Virus record (IMG/VR): IMGVR_UViG_3300017773_000002
Location: 24,454 to 88,453 of that record
Direction: 5' to 3' (one strand)
DNA: 64,000 nt
DNA from: a virus
The translations under genes were made by a program, and so were the position numbers. Positions within the stretch are counted from its first letter, which is position 1, and every line of letters begins with the position of its first letter. Of the stretch, positions 45,176 through 54,402 are shown one piece after another. Under the pieces are notes generated by a model. The model ran no database searches and had not been told where the DNA came from. It saw only the letters and a program-made list of their open reading frames with translations.

Positions 45176-45940
45176 TTAAATTATTCCACCGGATAGACTT
45201 ATTTTAGGAGAGAATAGACCTCTTTCATCTTTGATCACTCTCCAGTTTGTGTATGAAAATTGTACACTAACTTCTACTAATCCATCCGCATCATTTGATA
45301 GCTCGATACTACTTATAGTTGTCGGAAAGGCATCTACAAGTTCTACGCTGTATATTGATGCTCCCAACAAATCAAAATCTATACTTAAAGGTCCTAGATC
45401 AAAACCCACTCTCATAATAGGTTTTCTTAATTGGTGGATTTTGATCGGAGATACATAATCATTTTTGTATGCTACTGTTCCTTTTCTTAATGGGTTTCTA
45501 GTATTTCCTATTTCCTCGGTCTTTCTTTTTTCATTTTCTATGGACTCTGGTGTTTGTTCTGTGTCTGTAGAAGCTTCTTTAGATTGCAATGCCGCATCTG
45601 ATAATCTTTCTTCTCCTACCATAACTCTTCTCCAAGAGTCAAAATATTTCTTTATTCCATAGTCATTCAACGCATAAAATGTCATGCTGACATCGTCTAC
45701 CGCAAAACCATTAACTACCTTTTCGTTAAATAGTCCCATTTGCCGATCTAAGGTGAGTATTTGTTTGCCAGGCATGGATACATTCTTACATAGAATATTA
45801 GCATCTCTTGGGTCCAAACCTGATAGTTTGGATTTGTTATTTATTCCTACTGTCGTGGGCATCTCTACCGAATACTGATTGGTCACAGCAATTCCATTTT
45901 TGGATATTAGTGCACCTTTTAGTTGTTCTATTCCAGCCAT
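45176..45940 (-). CDS. Tail-tube-fold baseplate/tube initiator (gp54-like)
   Basis: C..VSMPG, F..W, L.DAFPTTI..L...V.FSY..W. Confidence 0.7.
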   Translation of the reverse strand: MAGIEQLKGALISKNGIAVTNQYSVEMPTTVGINNKSKLSGLDPRDANILCKNVSMPGKQILTLDRQMGLFNEKVVNGFAVDDVSMTFYALNDYGIKKYFDSWRRVMVGEERLSDAALQSKEASTDTEQTPESIENEKRKTEEIGNTRNPLRKGTVAYKNDYVSPIKIHQLRKPIMRVGFDLGPLSIDFDLLGASIYSVELVDAFPTTISSIELSNDADGLVEVSVQFSYTNWRVIKDERGLFSPKISLSGGII

Positions 45941-45943
45941 TTA

Positions 45944-46531
45944 TTAACCCACCATCTTTTGAGAGTCGTTATATACTTTGAAGTTGTTCGCTTTACGGAA
46001 GTCTGCGGTTGGTAGAAATGTTGCGATTTCCCACTCAGGTGCAGGCACTAATGCGAACTGCGATTTTACCTGTTTATTCAGGTAATGTTTTACACATGGT
46101 TTATAATACTTCAACTTAGAAGAACTTTGTAAAAGAGAATACTGCGCCTTGAACCGTGTGGTGCTATTGAATGCCTTGTTAGTGGTAATACCCATCAATC
46201 CATCTAACATCTTTGCACGTAGTATAGGCGGTAAGTAATGTAGGTTCAAACCTAAAAAACCACCCTCCGCCGGGCCAATGACAACAACCAAGGGGAACAG
46301 ATCGTAATACGGAAGAGTATCCTTATGCTTGGGATCGTATTGAAACATGTACATACTACCCACAATCTCATTACTGGTTCTTTTCAAAGGTTCTTCTTTC
46401 ATCAACGCTTCTCGGTTGATACTACGAAGGTTCTTAGCCTTCTTTTGAAACCAAGCACGAGATTCTCTGGTACGGGGAGTTATGCCCGCCTTGAACGCTT
46501 GAAGTTCTAACCTGTTGAATATATTTGACAC
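45944..46531 (-). CDS. 2: DNA end protector gp2
   Basis: YDPKHKDTLPYYD.FPL, GLNLHYLP. Confidence 0.9.
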   Translation of the reverse strand: MSNIFNRLELQAFKAGITPRTRESRAWFQKKAKNLRSINREALMKEEPLKRTSNEIVGSMYMFQYDPKHKDTLPYYDLFPLVVVIGPAEGGFLGLNLHYLPPILRAKMLDGLMGITTNKAFNSTTRFKAQYSLLQSSSKLKYYKPCVKHYLNKQVKSQFALVPAPEWEIATFLPTADFRKANNFKVYNDSQKMVG

Positions 46532-46559
46532 TATATAACTCTCTTAAAATCTATAGTTC

Positions 46560-46567
46560 TATTTATA
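46560..46567 (-). promoter_or_regulatory. T4-type late promoter
   Basis: TATAAATA on minus strand, upstream of gp2. Confidence 0.75.
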
Positions 46568-46586
46568 AGAATATTAAGATAATGTG

Positions 46587-47105
46587 TTATTTCTTTTTCT
46601 TCTTGCGAAATGGTGATAGGGGTTTAATGATTTTCTTGGTCTTAGGCCTCTGCGTAGATTTGGGCATGATACCCATCGCAGTTAGTTCCTTCTCGGTCCA
46701 CACTTCAAAGTGCCATCCTCGGTCCAGACAATACTCTCTTGCAGTCTTCCACTTAGATTGATTCTTAACGTATGTTAGACCCTCACTCAATAGTCTCTGA
46801 CGGGTCTTACCTCGACTACTTTCGGGTTTTTGTGTTTCTTTGAATGGCTTTACTTCAACTACGACAGTACGACCAGTGTCATATTTTATAACAAAATCGG
46901 TGTAATACCGATGCATCTGTTTGTCGGTCTCGCATATATATGGGATGATGAGTTCTTCAGATACCCATTGGACGACAGAACTATTGCTGTCGCACCATTT
47001 CATTACATGACGTTCCCACATACTGCGATACACAATATCATCTGAATTACCAGCATATTTTTTGGGGTTTAGTGGTTTGTATCTACCTTTATATGTTTTC
47101 ATCAT
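46587..47105 (-). CDS. 4: Head completion nuclease gp4
   Basis: KG.Y.P.NP.KY.G, YRS.WE, SEE..IPY, HRY..DF, VEVKP. Confidence 0.9.
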   Translation of the reverse strand: MMKTYKGRYKPLNPKKYAGNSDDIVYRSMWERHVMKWCDSNSSVVQWVSEELIIPYICETDKQMHRYYTDFVIKYDTGRTVVVEVKPFKETQKPESSRGKTRQRLLSEGLTYVKNQSKWKTAREYCLDRGWHFEVWTEKELTAMGIMPKSTQRPKTKKIIKPLSPFRKKKKK

Positions 47106-47113
47106 AAATTGTG

Positions 47114-47138
47114 TATAAATAGTATTATAATATTTATA
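47114..47138. promoter_or_regulatory. Face-to-face late promoters for gp48 (+) and gp4 (-)
   Basis: TATAAATA 47114-47121 and TATTTATA 47131-47138. Confidence 0.75.
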
Positions 47139-47157
47139 ACCCACAAAGAGTAGTAAA

Positions 47158-48255
47158 ATGAGCGATACAGTAAATACTTCTGGAGATGAAAACGGACAAA
47201 AGGAAGAAGTTGAAGAAAAATTTTCTGACGATGAAATTTCAGGACCTTTATCATATCCCATAGATGAAGGTTCTCAATACAGCTCTAGGGTTGTTTTTAT
47301 GATAGGAGAAATTGTTCCTCCACAAGTATCAGGAAATACCTCTGCTGGTGATGCTTTGAAACAAGTTAGTAGTAGCATTGTCCAAAGAGGTAAGGAGGCC
47401 TCATCATCAGATGACAATAACAATAGGATTCTTGGTTTTTTGTCCGGTATTGCTGAAGATTTTACGTCAATATTAGATGATTCTAAAGTAAAAATTGTTA
47501 AAGGTTCTGATGGAAAGGACATTACACGAGAAAAGGGAACGGGATTTGACCCTAATACTAGAAAATTAACAGGAAAATCTATAAGCATATACTTACCTGT
47601 AGGATTCGCTTCTACTGACACATTAAACTATGAAAGTCCTCAATTAGGTGTTCTGGGAGCTTCCGTACAATCAGCAATAAATAGTGGTTCTGATTTGGCG
47701 TCCTCTACAAAAACGGGAATAATGGATCTGATAAGTTCATTTTCTACTGCTGAAGGTGGCGATCTCGCATCTTTAGGGATGACGAAACTAGCAAGTAAAG
47801 GTCCGGCAGAGGTTAGTTTAGGTGCTTCTGCGGCTTTAAGAGTTACTGCTGACCCAAATATAAGGACACTATTTAAAGGTGTCGGTGTTAGACAATTTCA
47901 ATTTCAATTTAAATTCATAGCTAAGTCCAAACAGGAAGCTGTGATGGTAGAAAATATAATAAAACGATTTAGATATTATTCTTATCCTGAGAGTATAACA
48001 TTGGGAGAGTCCATAGGTGCTGGTTTTAAATTTCCCAACCCTTTCAATATTGCAATAGAGTCTACTGACGAAACCGGAAAAATGGTAACAATTGGTCATA
48101 GAATATTGGGTTCATATCTAACAACTATAAACACAAACTATAACGCATCTTCAATGTCCTTTCATTCTGATGGCAGACCTGTAGAGATTGATCTGAGTCT
48201 TACATTCACAGAAGAGACTACCTTGAACAGAACAAAGATTAAGGAGGGTTTCTGA
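47158..48255 (+). CDS. Baseplate tail-tube cap gp48-like
   Basis: LSYP, ISIYLP, PN..LFKG...R.F.F.F...KS..E, NY...F..DG.P. Confidence 0.8.
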   Translation: MSDTVNTSGDENGQKEEVEEKFSDDEISGPLSYPIDEGSQYSSRVVFMIGEIVPPQVSGNTSAGDALKQVSSSIVQRGKEASSSDDNNNRILGFLSGIAEDFTSILDDSKVKIVKGSDGKDITREKGTGFDPNTRKLTGKSISIYLPVGFASTDTLNYESPQLGVLGASVQSAINSGSDLASSTKTGIMDLISSFSTAEGGDLASLGMTKLASKGPAEVSLGASAALRVTADPNIRTLFKGVGVRQFQFQFKFIAKSKQEAVMVENIIKRFRYYSYPESITLGESIGAGFKFPNPFNIAIESTDETGKMVTIGHRILGSYLTTINTNYNASSMSFHSDGRPVEIDLSLTFTEETTLNRTKIKEGF

Positions 48256-48959
48256 TGGCATATTTTAAAAATTTCCCGAAAGTAGGTTATCTATTTCAAG
48301 CAGAACCTGTGGTAATGACTAATCTGTCTGTGTACGCTGAAGTCATCGACGAAATTAGATTATCTTCGAGTTTTTATCAAGATTATTATATAAAAAATGG
48401 TGAGAGACCTGATCATATCGCATATAAAATGTATGATAATCCTCAACTTTATTGGGTATTTTATCTTATGAACCCAAAACTGAGGGAACAGGGTTGGCCT
48501 ATGTCTCAAGAAGAGGTAATGACTAAAGTTAAGAGGGATCACCCTAATCAAACATTCCGATTCATCACCAATACACCATCAAAATTGCATGTAGGTCAAG
48601 AGATAGAGGGGTATACTTCTGGATCTAAAGCTACTATACTACACATAAACTTGGATCTCGGTCAGGTAACTGTGGATTCGAATGAATCATTTGCGACAGA
48701 TCAATTGATAAAATTAGTTGAAAACAATTTAACTTACTCTTTCTTCTCTATAGAAAGTGAACATCTTGCTGCTCATCATTATACGTTAAACGGAGAAATA
48801 GTTGACGTAAATCCATATCTACCCGTGCCTGTTGATCATGTCAAAGTTACTAATTCGAATTTTTATATCAGTGAGAATGATAAACTAAAACAGATAAGAG
48901 TAATAAAACCAAGAAATATTAATACGGTTGTCAATGCATTCAGAGATGCCATAAGGTAA
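48255..48959 (+). CDS. 53: Baseplate wedge subunit gp53
   Basis: YF..FP...Y, GERPD.IA..YD....W....N, EN...I. Confidence 0.85.
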   Translation: MAYFKNFPKVGYLFQAEPVVMTNLSVYAEVIDEIRLSSSFYQDYYIKNGERPDHIAYKMYDNPQLYWVFYLMNPKLREQGWPMSQEEVMTKVKRDHPNQTFRFITNTPSKLHVGQEIEGYTSGSKATILHINLDLGQVTVDSNESFATDQLIKLVENNLTYSFFSIESEHLAAHHYTLNGEIVDVNPYLPVPVDHVKVTNSNFYISENDKLKQIRVIKPRNINTVVNAFRDAIR

Positions 48960-48966
48960 TTTTATA

Positions 48967-50289
48967 ATGAGTGAAGCAAATCTTAGTGCTATCGAGACTG
49001 TAGATCCTATAGAATTCAAATCTATTGTCATCGAATCTGATAAAATGGGAAAGAATCCTGTCGATATTACTGATATGACAGTGGAGATACAGATTTTTGA
49101 ACATATCGACAAACCTTATCTCACTGCCTTGTTAGCTTTTGCTGATACCAATGATTTAGTTTCTACCACTGATATTTCCGGTGGCGAGAAGGTAACCATA
49201 ACCTTACAACTAACCAGACCGGACACGATAGAGGTGTCTAAAACATTCTACATAGACAAAATTGTTAGTTCTAGTAAATCTAATGAGAACTCAGAGTTCT
49301 TCATATTCCATCTTCTGGAAGACATTGCATACACGGCAAGTCTTAGCAATATCAATAAATCTTACTCTGGTAATCCCGAAAAAATAATACAAAAGATATC
49401 CAAAAATTCTCTTGGTAACAAAGAGATCTTGGTGCCTAGTCAGTCACAACAAAATATGAAGGTCATTATTCCAAATCTAAATGCAATTGAAGCTATGTCT
49501 TGGATTAAAAACAGGACATGTACCAGTGATGGTTACCCCTTTTACCTATACTCGACTATAGCAGATGATTACCTAACTTTTATTGATTTAAAGACTATGT
49601 TGCAAGAAGGTTCAATGAATCCGAATCACCCTTACACTTATTCAAAGTCTAGTGCTTCTACAGGTTCTACAATTTCAACTAAAAACAGAAGAACTATTTT
49701 ACAATATAAGTCGTCGGACAATGAGGATCTCTTATCTTTAATACGCAAAGGGCTTATTGGTGCTGAGTATAGATTCATTGACCCCACAGAGAATGATAAT
49801 AATAAATTTACATTTGATGTTCAGACTGATGTTATAAAGAAGATAAAAGGAGATCTTAATGTGGAATCTCTGGTATACGATGAAGTTTATAAACACGACG
49901 GAAAGTCTTTCAATAAGTATCAGTCTCGAAGTATTTCTATGATTGGTAGTACTCAGGCATACTCCATGAACTCTTATATGCAGAGCGATAGTAAAGAGTA
50001 TTATAAGTCAAACATTATCAATAAGGCTCTGGATCAACTGCTTAAAAAGAACTCTATCGAAATCACTGTCAATGGTACAGATCTACTTGGGGGTGACAGT
50101 AACTACACTATCGGTAGGAAATTAACCACACGATTCCTGAGAAACATGGCACCCGAAGACACTGACTATTTCTTTGATAATAAGAAGTCCGGTGACTTCC
50201 TCATATTCTCAGCCAAACATAATATTAGTAGAGAGTCCTATACGGTCTCACTATCATGCGTTAAACTTGACAATGGTGATGTAAAATGA
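48967..50289 (+). CDS. Baseplate hub protein (gp27-like)
   Basis: IFE.I.KPYLT..., SG.FLI...H; lies between gp53 and gp5. Confidence 0.65.
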   Translation: MSEANLSAIETVDPIEFKSIVIESDKMGKNPVDITDMTVEIQIFEHIDKPYLTALLAFADTNDLVSTTDISGGEKVTITLQLTRPDTIEVSKTFYIDKIVSSSKSNENSEFFIFHLLEDIAYTASLSNINKSYSGNPEKIIQKISKNSLGNKEILVPSQSQQNMKVIIPNLNAIEAMSWIKNRTCTSDGYPFYLYSTIADDYLTFIDLKTMLQEGSMNPNHPYTYSKSSASTGSTISTKNRRTILQYKSSDNEDLLSLIRKGLIGAEYRFIDPTENDNNKFTFDVQTDVIKKIKGDLNVESLVYDEVYKHDGKSFNKYQSRSISMIGSTQAYSMNSYMQSDSKEYYKSNIINKALDQLLKKNSIEITVNGTDLLGGDSNYTIGRKLTTRFLRNMAPEDTDYFFDNKKSGDFLIFSAKHNISRESYTVSLSCVKLDNGDVK

Positions 50290-51011
50290 TACCCAATACT
50301 TTTGTTGATTTCTATGGTGACCAGACACGTTGGTTCCTTGGTGAAGTTGTTAATGTGAAGGACGATCCCCTGAAACTCGGTCGCGTGAAGGTTAGAGTTT
50401 TCGGGGTTTACGACGATATCGCCGACGAAGATCTACCTTGGGCTCAGATCGTTGTACCAATCACTCAAGGTATCCACAAAGGTAAGGGACAGAACCTAGG
50501 TATCCTTGTAGGTTCACAGGTGTTCGGTATGTTCTTGGATGGTCAGAACTCTCAGTTGCCTATGGTGATTGGTACTGTACCCAAGGAAGGAGATGCAAAC
50601 TCCAAGGCGGAAGAGAACTATCCTCAAAACAAAGTCTATGAGACAGAGAGTGGACACTACAAAGAGTGGGATGATACTGAAGGCAAGGAACGCATTCGTG
50701 AACAACATAAGTCGGGTACGTACTACGAGATGCAACATGATGGTTCGAGAGTAACTGAAATAGTCAAAGATAATTATACTTTGGTGGCTGGAGATGATAA
50801 ACTTCGTGTATCTGGTAATGTCATGATAATAGTCGATGGTGGAGATACTACTATAGATTGTTCGGAGGTAAAAATGACCGGAAATTTACGTGTGGATGGT
50901 GGAATTACTGTGGGGGATGACGTAGAAACTGATGAAGGAATATCACTTAATGATCATAAACATAAGATAAAAAGTGGTTCTTCTGCTGGAGTTACCGATA
51001 AACCACAATAG
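50286..51011 (+). CDS. 5: Short baseplate spike gp5 (OB fold plus beta-helix, no lysozyme)
   Basis: DPLKLGRVKVR, LPWA, V.G.FLDG, YP.N...ESGH..E.DDT; C-terminal LNDHKH. Confidence 0.85.
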   Translation: MIPNTFVDFYGDQTRWFLGEVVNVKDDPLKLGRVKVRVFGVYDDIADEDLPWAQIVVPITQGIHKGKGQNLGILVGSQVFGMFLDGQNSQLPMVIGTVPKEGDANSKAEENYPQNKVYETESGHYKEWDDTEGKERIREQHKSGTYYEMQHDGSRVTEIVKDNYTLVAGDDKLRVSGNVMIIVDGGDTTIDCSEVKMTGNLRVDGGITVGDDVETDEGISLNDHKHKIKSGSSAGVTDKPQ

Positions 51012-51185
51012 AGGTATGATAGACACACCCTGAAATATGGCAACAAAAACTCTGAAAATCCCTTCAAAGTAAGAAGAAACACTCCAAAAACACACAAAAA
51101 TAATCAAAAAACATAATAAAATTAGGATATACGAAATTCCAATGGAAATATTTCTAATATTGTGATGTAGAGAGAAGGATACCTA

Positions 51186-51569
51186 ATGGCGTATAGTGAC
51201 AAAGTAATCGACCACTACGAGAACCCTAGGAACGTAGGTGTGTTGGACGAGAAGTCAATCAACGTAGGGACAGGGATGGTAGGTGCACCAGCCTGTGGTG
51301 ATGTGATGCGACTACAGATACAGGTGAGTGATGATGGTATCATAGAGGATGCTAAGTTCAAGACCTATGGGTGTGGTTCAGCGATTGCATCTAGTTCTCT
51401 CCTAACGGAATGGGTTAAGGGGAGACATATAGACGATGCAGAACAAATAAAGAATACCGAACTGGCAGAGGAGTTGGCATTACCGCCCGTGAAGATACAC
51501 TGTTCGGTGTTGGCAGAGGATGCTATTAAGACTGCTGTCAAGGATGTGCGAGAGAAGAGAAAGAAATGA
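51186..51569 (+). CDS. iscU: Fe-S cluster scaffold IscU
   Basis: [36 protein letters not shown]. Confidence 0.95.
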   Translation: MAYSDKVIDHYENPRNVGVLDEKSINVGTGMVGAPACGDVMRLQIQVSDDGIIEDAKFKTYGCGSAIASSSLLTEWVKGRHIDDAEQIKNTELAEELALPPVKIHCSVLAEDAIKTAVKDVREKRKK

Positions 51570-51886
51570 TTACTATGACATCAGCTGCGGAACAACAAAT
51601 GGTAAAACATTTGGAGCATCGTTCTACGGGTGTTGGTGTTAGGTTGGGTGTACGTACTAATGGGTGTTCTGGTTTGTCTTATCTATTAGAGTTTGTTGAT
51701 ACTCCAGAGGGGGGTGATGTTGTCATGCAATGTGGCGATGTTATGTTAGTGATTGACCCTAAGAGTTTGATCTACCTAGACGGGACTGAGTTAGATTATG
51801 TTAGAGAGGGATTGAACGAAGGGTTCCAGTTTAGAAACCCTAACGTCAAAGATGAATGTGGTTGCGGAGAAAGTTTCCACGTCTAG
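51566..51886 (+). CDS. iscA: A-type Fe-S carrier IscA
   Basis: GCSGLSY, GTELDY, NPN...CGCGESF. Confidence 0.95.
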   Translation: MITMTSAAEQQMVKHLEHRSTGVGVRLGVRTNGCSGLSYLLEFVDTPEGGDVVMQCGDVMLVIDPKSLIYLDGTELDYVREGLNEGFQFRNPNVKDECGCGESFHV

Positions 51887-52296
51887 GCAGCAGTGCGATG
51901 ATACTCTAGACGTTCACGTTGTCGACCCATTACAAAAGATTCTGTAACGCCTTCAGGGAACAACAACTCGCGAGTAGCGATGTAGTTACCATAGAAGTTT
52001 TTTGTTAGGTAGTGTGGTTTATCCCACGAATCCCACGCGACGGTATCCACGTCTTCGATAGACCAATCAATAACTTTATTCTCTGCATAATCATTAGCAG
52101 ACTCGATAAGCGGAGTGATAGACTCCATCATGTATCGAACTGAAGTGTGGTCCTCGAACTCGAACTCGTACACATAAGTGTCGCCACCCTTAGCCTTCCA
52201 ACACTGTGGGCATTCGCCTTGACCGTCCCAATCGTGGGCGCCATAGTTTTCCCAATTCTGTGTGTGTATTACTAGATTAACTCTACCATGATTCAT
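51883..52296 (-). CDS. Early hypothetical protein
   Basis: [20 protein letters not shown]; ends TAA. Confidence 0.7.
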   Translation of the reverse strand: MNHGRVNLVIHTQNWENYGAHDWDGQGECPQCWKAKGGDTYVYEFEFEDHTSVRYMMESITPLIESANDYAENKVIDWSIEDVDTVAWDSWDKPHYLTKNFYGNYIATRELLFPEGVTESFVMGRQRERLEYHRTAA

Positions 52297-52298
52297 TA

Positions 52299-52421
52299 TT
52301 ATACCTCTCGTATGTCAATTGGTTTGGACGGATCAATCTTGATGGCGTCGTACTCTTCCTGTGTGAGGAAGGTAGCATCTTCCCAAGCTTCGGTGTTGTC
52401 TGTCCAGTTTTCGTTATTCAT
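52299..52421 (-). CDS. 40-aa acidic peptide (not in ORF track)
   Basis: MNNENW...IREV; coupled to neighbouring ORFs. Confidence 0.5.
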   Translation of the reverse strand: MNNENWTDNTEAWEDATFLTQEEYDAIKIDPSKPIDIREV

Positions 52422-52657
52422 TATTTTCTCTCCCATTCAACTCTTGATTCAGTCATTATTCTGCGATTACTTGAGATCTTACGAACGTTTCTGTTACCGC
52501 TACCTTCAATGATATGACCACATGTTGTTACGATATCAGAAACAAAACCATCATCATTGATAAAACTTTCGATGGTAAAGGTGCGAGAAATATCATCCCA
52601 TCGACCCAAAGTAAATCCGTCAACGTTAATTACTTTGCCGATCCTCGCATCTGTCAT
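52421..52657 (-). CDS. Early hypothetical protein
   Basis: First ORF after a promoter cassette. Confidence 0.6.
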   Translation of the reverse strand: MTDARIGKVINVDGFTLGRWDDISRTFTIESFINDDGFVSDIVTTCGHIIEGSGNRNVRKISSNRRIMTESRVEWERK

Positions 52658-52662
52658 ATTAA

Positions 52663-52722
52663 TTCTCTCTCAGTTCTCATAATCAATACAAGTATTATAC
52701 TACACTTAACGGGCTTTGTCAA
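52663..52722 (-). promoter_or_regulatory. Early promoter cassette (family B)
   Basis: TTGACA-17-TATAAT; 39 bp identical to 807-845. Confidence 0.85.
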
Positions 52723-52742
52723 GCGTTTTATAAAAATAAATT

Positions 52743-52768
52743 AAAAAAAAACCCTTCCGAAGAAGGGC
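52743..52768 (-). terminator. Intrinsic terminator with C(UUCG)G loop
   Basis: GCCCTTC-TTCG-GAAGGG followed by T9. Confidence 0.9.
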
Positions 52769-52789
52769 AAAGGTTCCTTGAGAGAAAGG

Positions 52790-52942
52790 TTATGAAACAT
52801 CTTTGAGATAGATATCGATCCGTGTGGGGTCCATACCTAGGTCAATTAAATTTTTTCGGAGACTCTCAGGGTCTCGAACGCCCCATTCTATGTGACGTTC
52901 ATCGTTATCGTCATACCACTCGACGCACCATACCTCACTCAT
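52790..52942 (-). CDS. Hypothetical protein
   Basis: MSEVWCVEWY...; overlaps upstream stop. Confidence 0.5.
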   Translation of the reverse strand: MSEVWCVEWYDDNDERHIEWGVRDPESLRKNLIDLGMDPTRIDIYLKDVS

Positions 52943-53126
52943 TAGGTAGGTTCGTGTAGTCAAGAGTCTCACTGATGTAGTCTAACGCGATCGGAGACTT
53001 AGCTGCGATTACCGACAGCATAGAACTCAGGTAACCAATCACATAGTGTGGGGAATCGTTTTCGATCTCTAGGTTACTTACAATCTTTGAGACCAGTTCT
53101 TGTTCAGTGTATTTAAAGTTCATCAT
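52935..53126 (-). CDS. Hypothetical protein
   Basis: AGGAG RBS before MMNFKY. Confidence 0.55.
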   Translation of the reverse strand: MMNFKYTEQELVSKIVSNLEIENDSPHYVIGYLSSMLSVIAAKSPIALDYISETLDYTNLPNE

Positions 53127-53136
53127 AATATATCTC

Positions 53137-53670
53137 CTATGCAGCCATCGCTGTCTTTTGTGATTCAATAATTTGTTCAGCACGTTGGTTAAGTTCTTCG
53201 ATCTCTGGAGTCCAGTCACGAGGACTATCAGTGCAGATGTATGGTTTGTCCCATGATCCAACATTGATGTCGATATAGTGTGATCGGTGGAAGTAGTCAG
53301 TCTGAATATCATCTTCGCAGAAGTAGTCTGGTCCGTGCATCGCTTCTTTCAACTCAAGTAGGAATGCCAACACAACGGGGTCAGACTTGTAGTTCTCTTC
53401 TAACCAGTACTCATTCACTTGGACATATTGTTCAGCGAGTCGAGCAGCAGTAGTCTTACAGTCGTGTGCATTACACCTTAGGTCAAGACGAGTTCTTTCT
53501 AGTTGACTCTCATTCACAGCAGAGATAATATCTAGTGGACTAGACTTAATATTCACAACAAGGGTAGAGTGATGACGAACAGCGATTGACGCTTTGACGT
53601 TATACTTCTTTAGAACTGCTTTGATCGCAGGGGCTAGATTCTTTTTGTCTTCTTGGGATACATATGCCAT
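53137..53670 (-). CDS. Early conserved protein (large-polyvalent-protein-domain-like)
   Basis: AYVSQE.K...IKAVLKKY...DDIQTDYF...WDKPY; ends MAA. Confidence 0.7.
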   Translation of the reverse strand: MAYVSQEDKKNLAPAIKAVLKKYNVKASIAVRHHSTLVVNIKSSPLDIISAVNESQLERTRLDLRCNAHDCKTTAARLAEQYVQVNEYWLEENYKSDPVVLAFLLELKEAMHGPDYFCEDDIQTDYFHRSHYIDINVGSWDKPYICTDSPRDWTPEIEELNQRAEQIIESQKTAMAA

Positions 53671-53676
53671 AACTTT

Positions 53677-53736
53677 TTTCTCTCTCTCTTTATCAATTTA
53701 TGTAACCATTATAATACATTAGGCAACTTTTGGCAA
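53677..53736 (-). promoter_or_regulatory. Early promoter cassette (family A)
   Basis: TTGCCA-17-TATAAT-GGTTACATAAATTGATAAAGAGAGAG. Confidence 0.8.
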
Positions 53737-54345
53737 GCGTAAATAATATTTTTCTTTTTCTAAAATATATTGTGGAATATCTAACATCTCTTCCAAATAA
53801 TCTGTAGACATTCTTTTAGTGCCATTACCAATAAAAACGTAATCGAATAAGTGTTTGTATCGTTCCATAAAACCCATTTCCAAATAAAAAATTCCGTCCT
53901 TATTACAAGTAAAGTTTGAAAGTTGAGTGTTTTCGCTATTTGTCACTAATATTGTTTTTCTACAATATTGAAATATCTCATTGAATAATAAAAATCCAGC
54001 AGACCCTAATCCCCCTTCGAAGTCTTCCCAATTTTCTATTATCATACGAGCGATAGTTTGTGGAGTTATAAAATGATCTTTAGTGGTTTTGATTTTCTCA
54101 TCAAACTTATTTTTATTGCACACCGCGTTTCTAGCTTTTTCTGTCATAATTCCAGTATCATCTTCCTGCCAATAAGGAACAGAAAAAACTTTATCATAGA
54201 AACCATGTGTTGTCCCCATCATCTTGTAACGACAAATATGACCATTATCATCCATGTGATCTCTAACTAAGCCTTCAATTTCAGTGTAAGCAAGTTCTGT
54301 GTAGGCCTTTGCTTTCTTTTCATGTTCTGATTTACTTTTTGTCAT
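53719..54345 (-). CDS. Hypothetical protein, possible His-Me/HNH-like nuclease
   Basis: TKDHFITP...LVT.SEN..L. Confidence 0.5.
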   Translation of the reverse strand: MTKSKSEHEKKAKAYTELAYTEIEGLVRDHMDDNGHICRYKMMGTTHGFYDKVFSVPYWQEDDTGIMTEKARNAVCNKNKFDEKIKTTKDHFITPQTIARMIIENWEDFEGGLGSAGFLLFNEIFQYCRKTILVTNSENTQLSNFTCNKDGIFYLEMGFMERYKHLFDYVFIGNGTKRMSTDYLEEMLDIPQYILEKEKYYLRLPKVA

Positions 54346-54362
54346 TTCTTTTTTCCCATTAA

Positions 54363-54402
54363 CTTATGTAACCATTATAGTATATGAAACAACTTTTGTC
54401 AA
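54363..54402 (-). promoter_or_regulatory. Early promoter cassette (family A variant)
   Basis: TTGACA-17-TATAAT-GGTTACATAAG. Confidence 0.8.

Noticed and set aside
46587-47261. Long N-terminal extension of gp4 (similar extensions at 458, 822, 5152, 40435, 53312)
   Set aside because: The extensions overlap neighbouring genes or promoters; internal starts fit RBS and promoter positions better.
51012-51185. Gene or PAAR remnant in the A/C-rich gap after gp5
   Set aside because: GAGGT-ATG gives only MIDTP*; other frames are short, low-complexity and have no PAAR motif.
52298-52318. Minus-strand TTGACA...TATAAT promoter
   Set aside because: The spacer is only 9 bp and the site lies in coding/RBS sequence.
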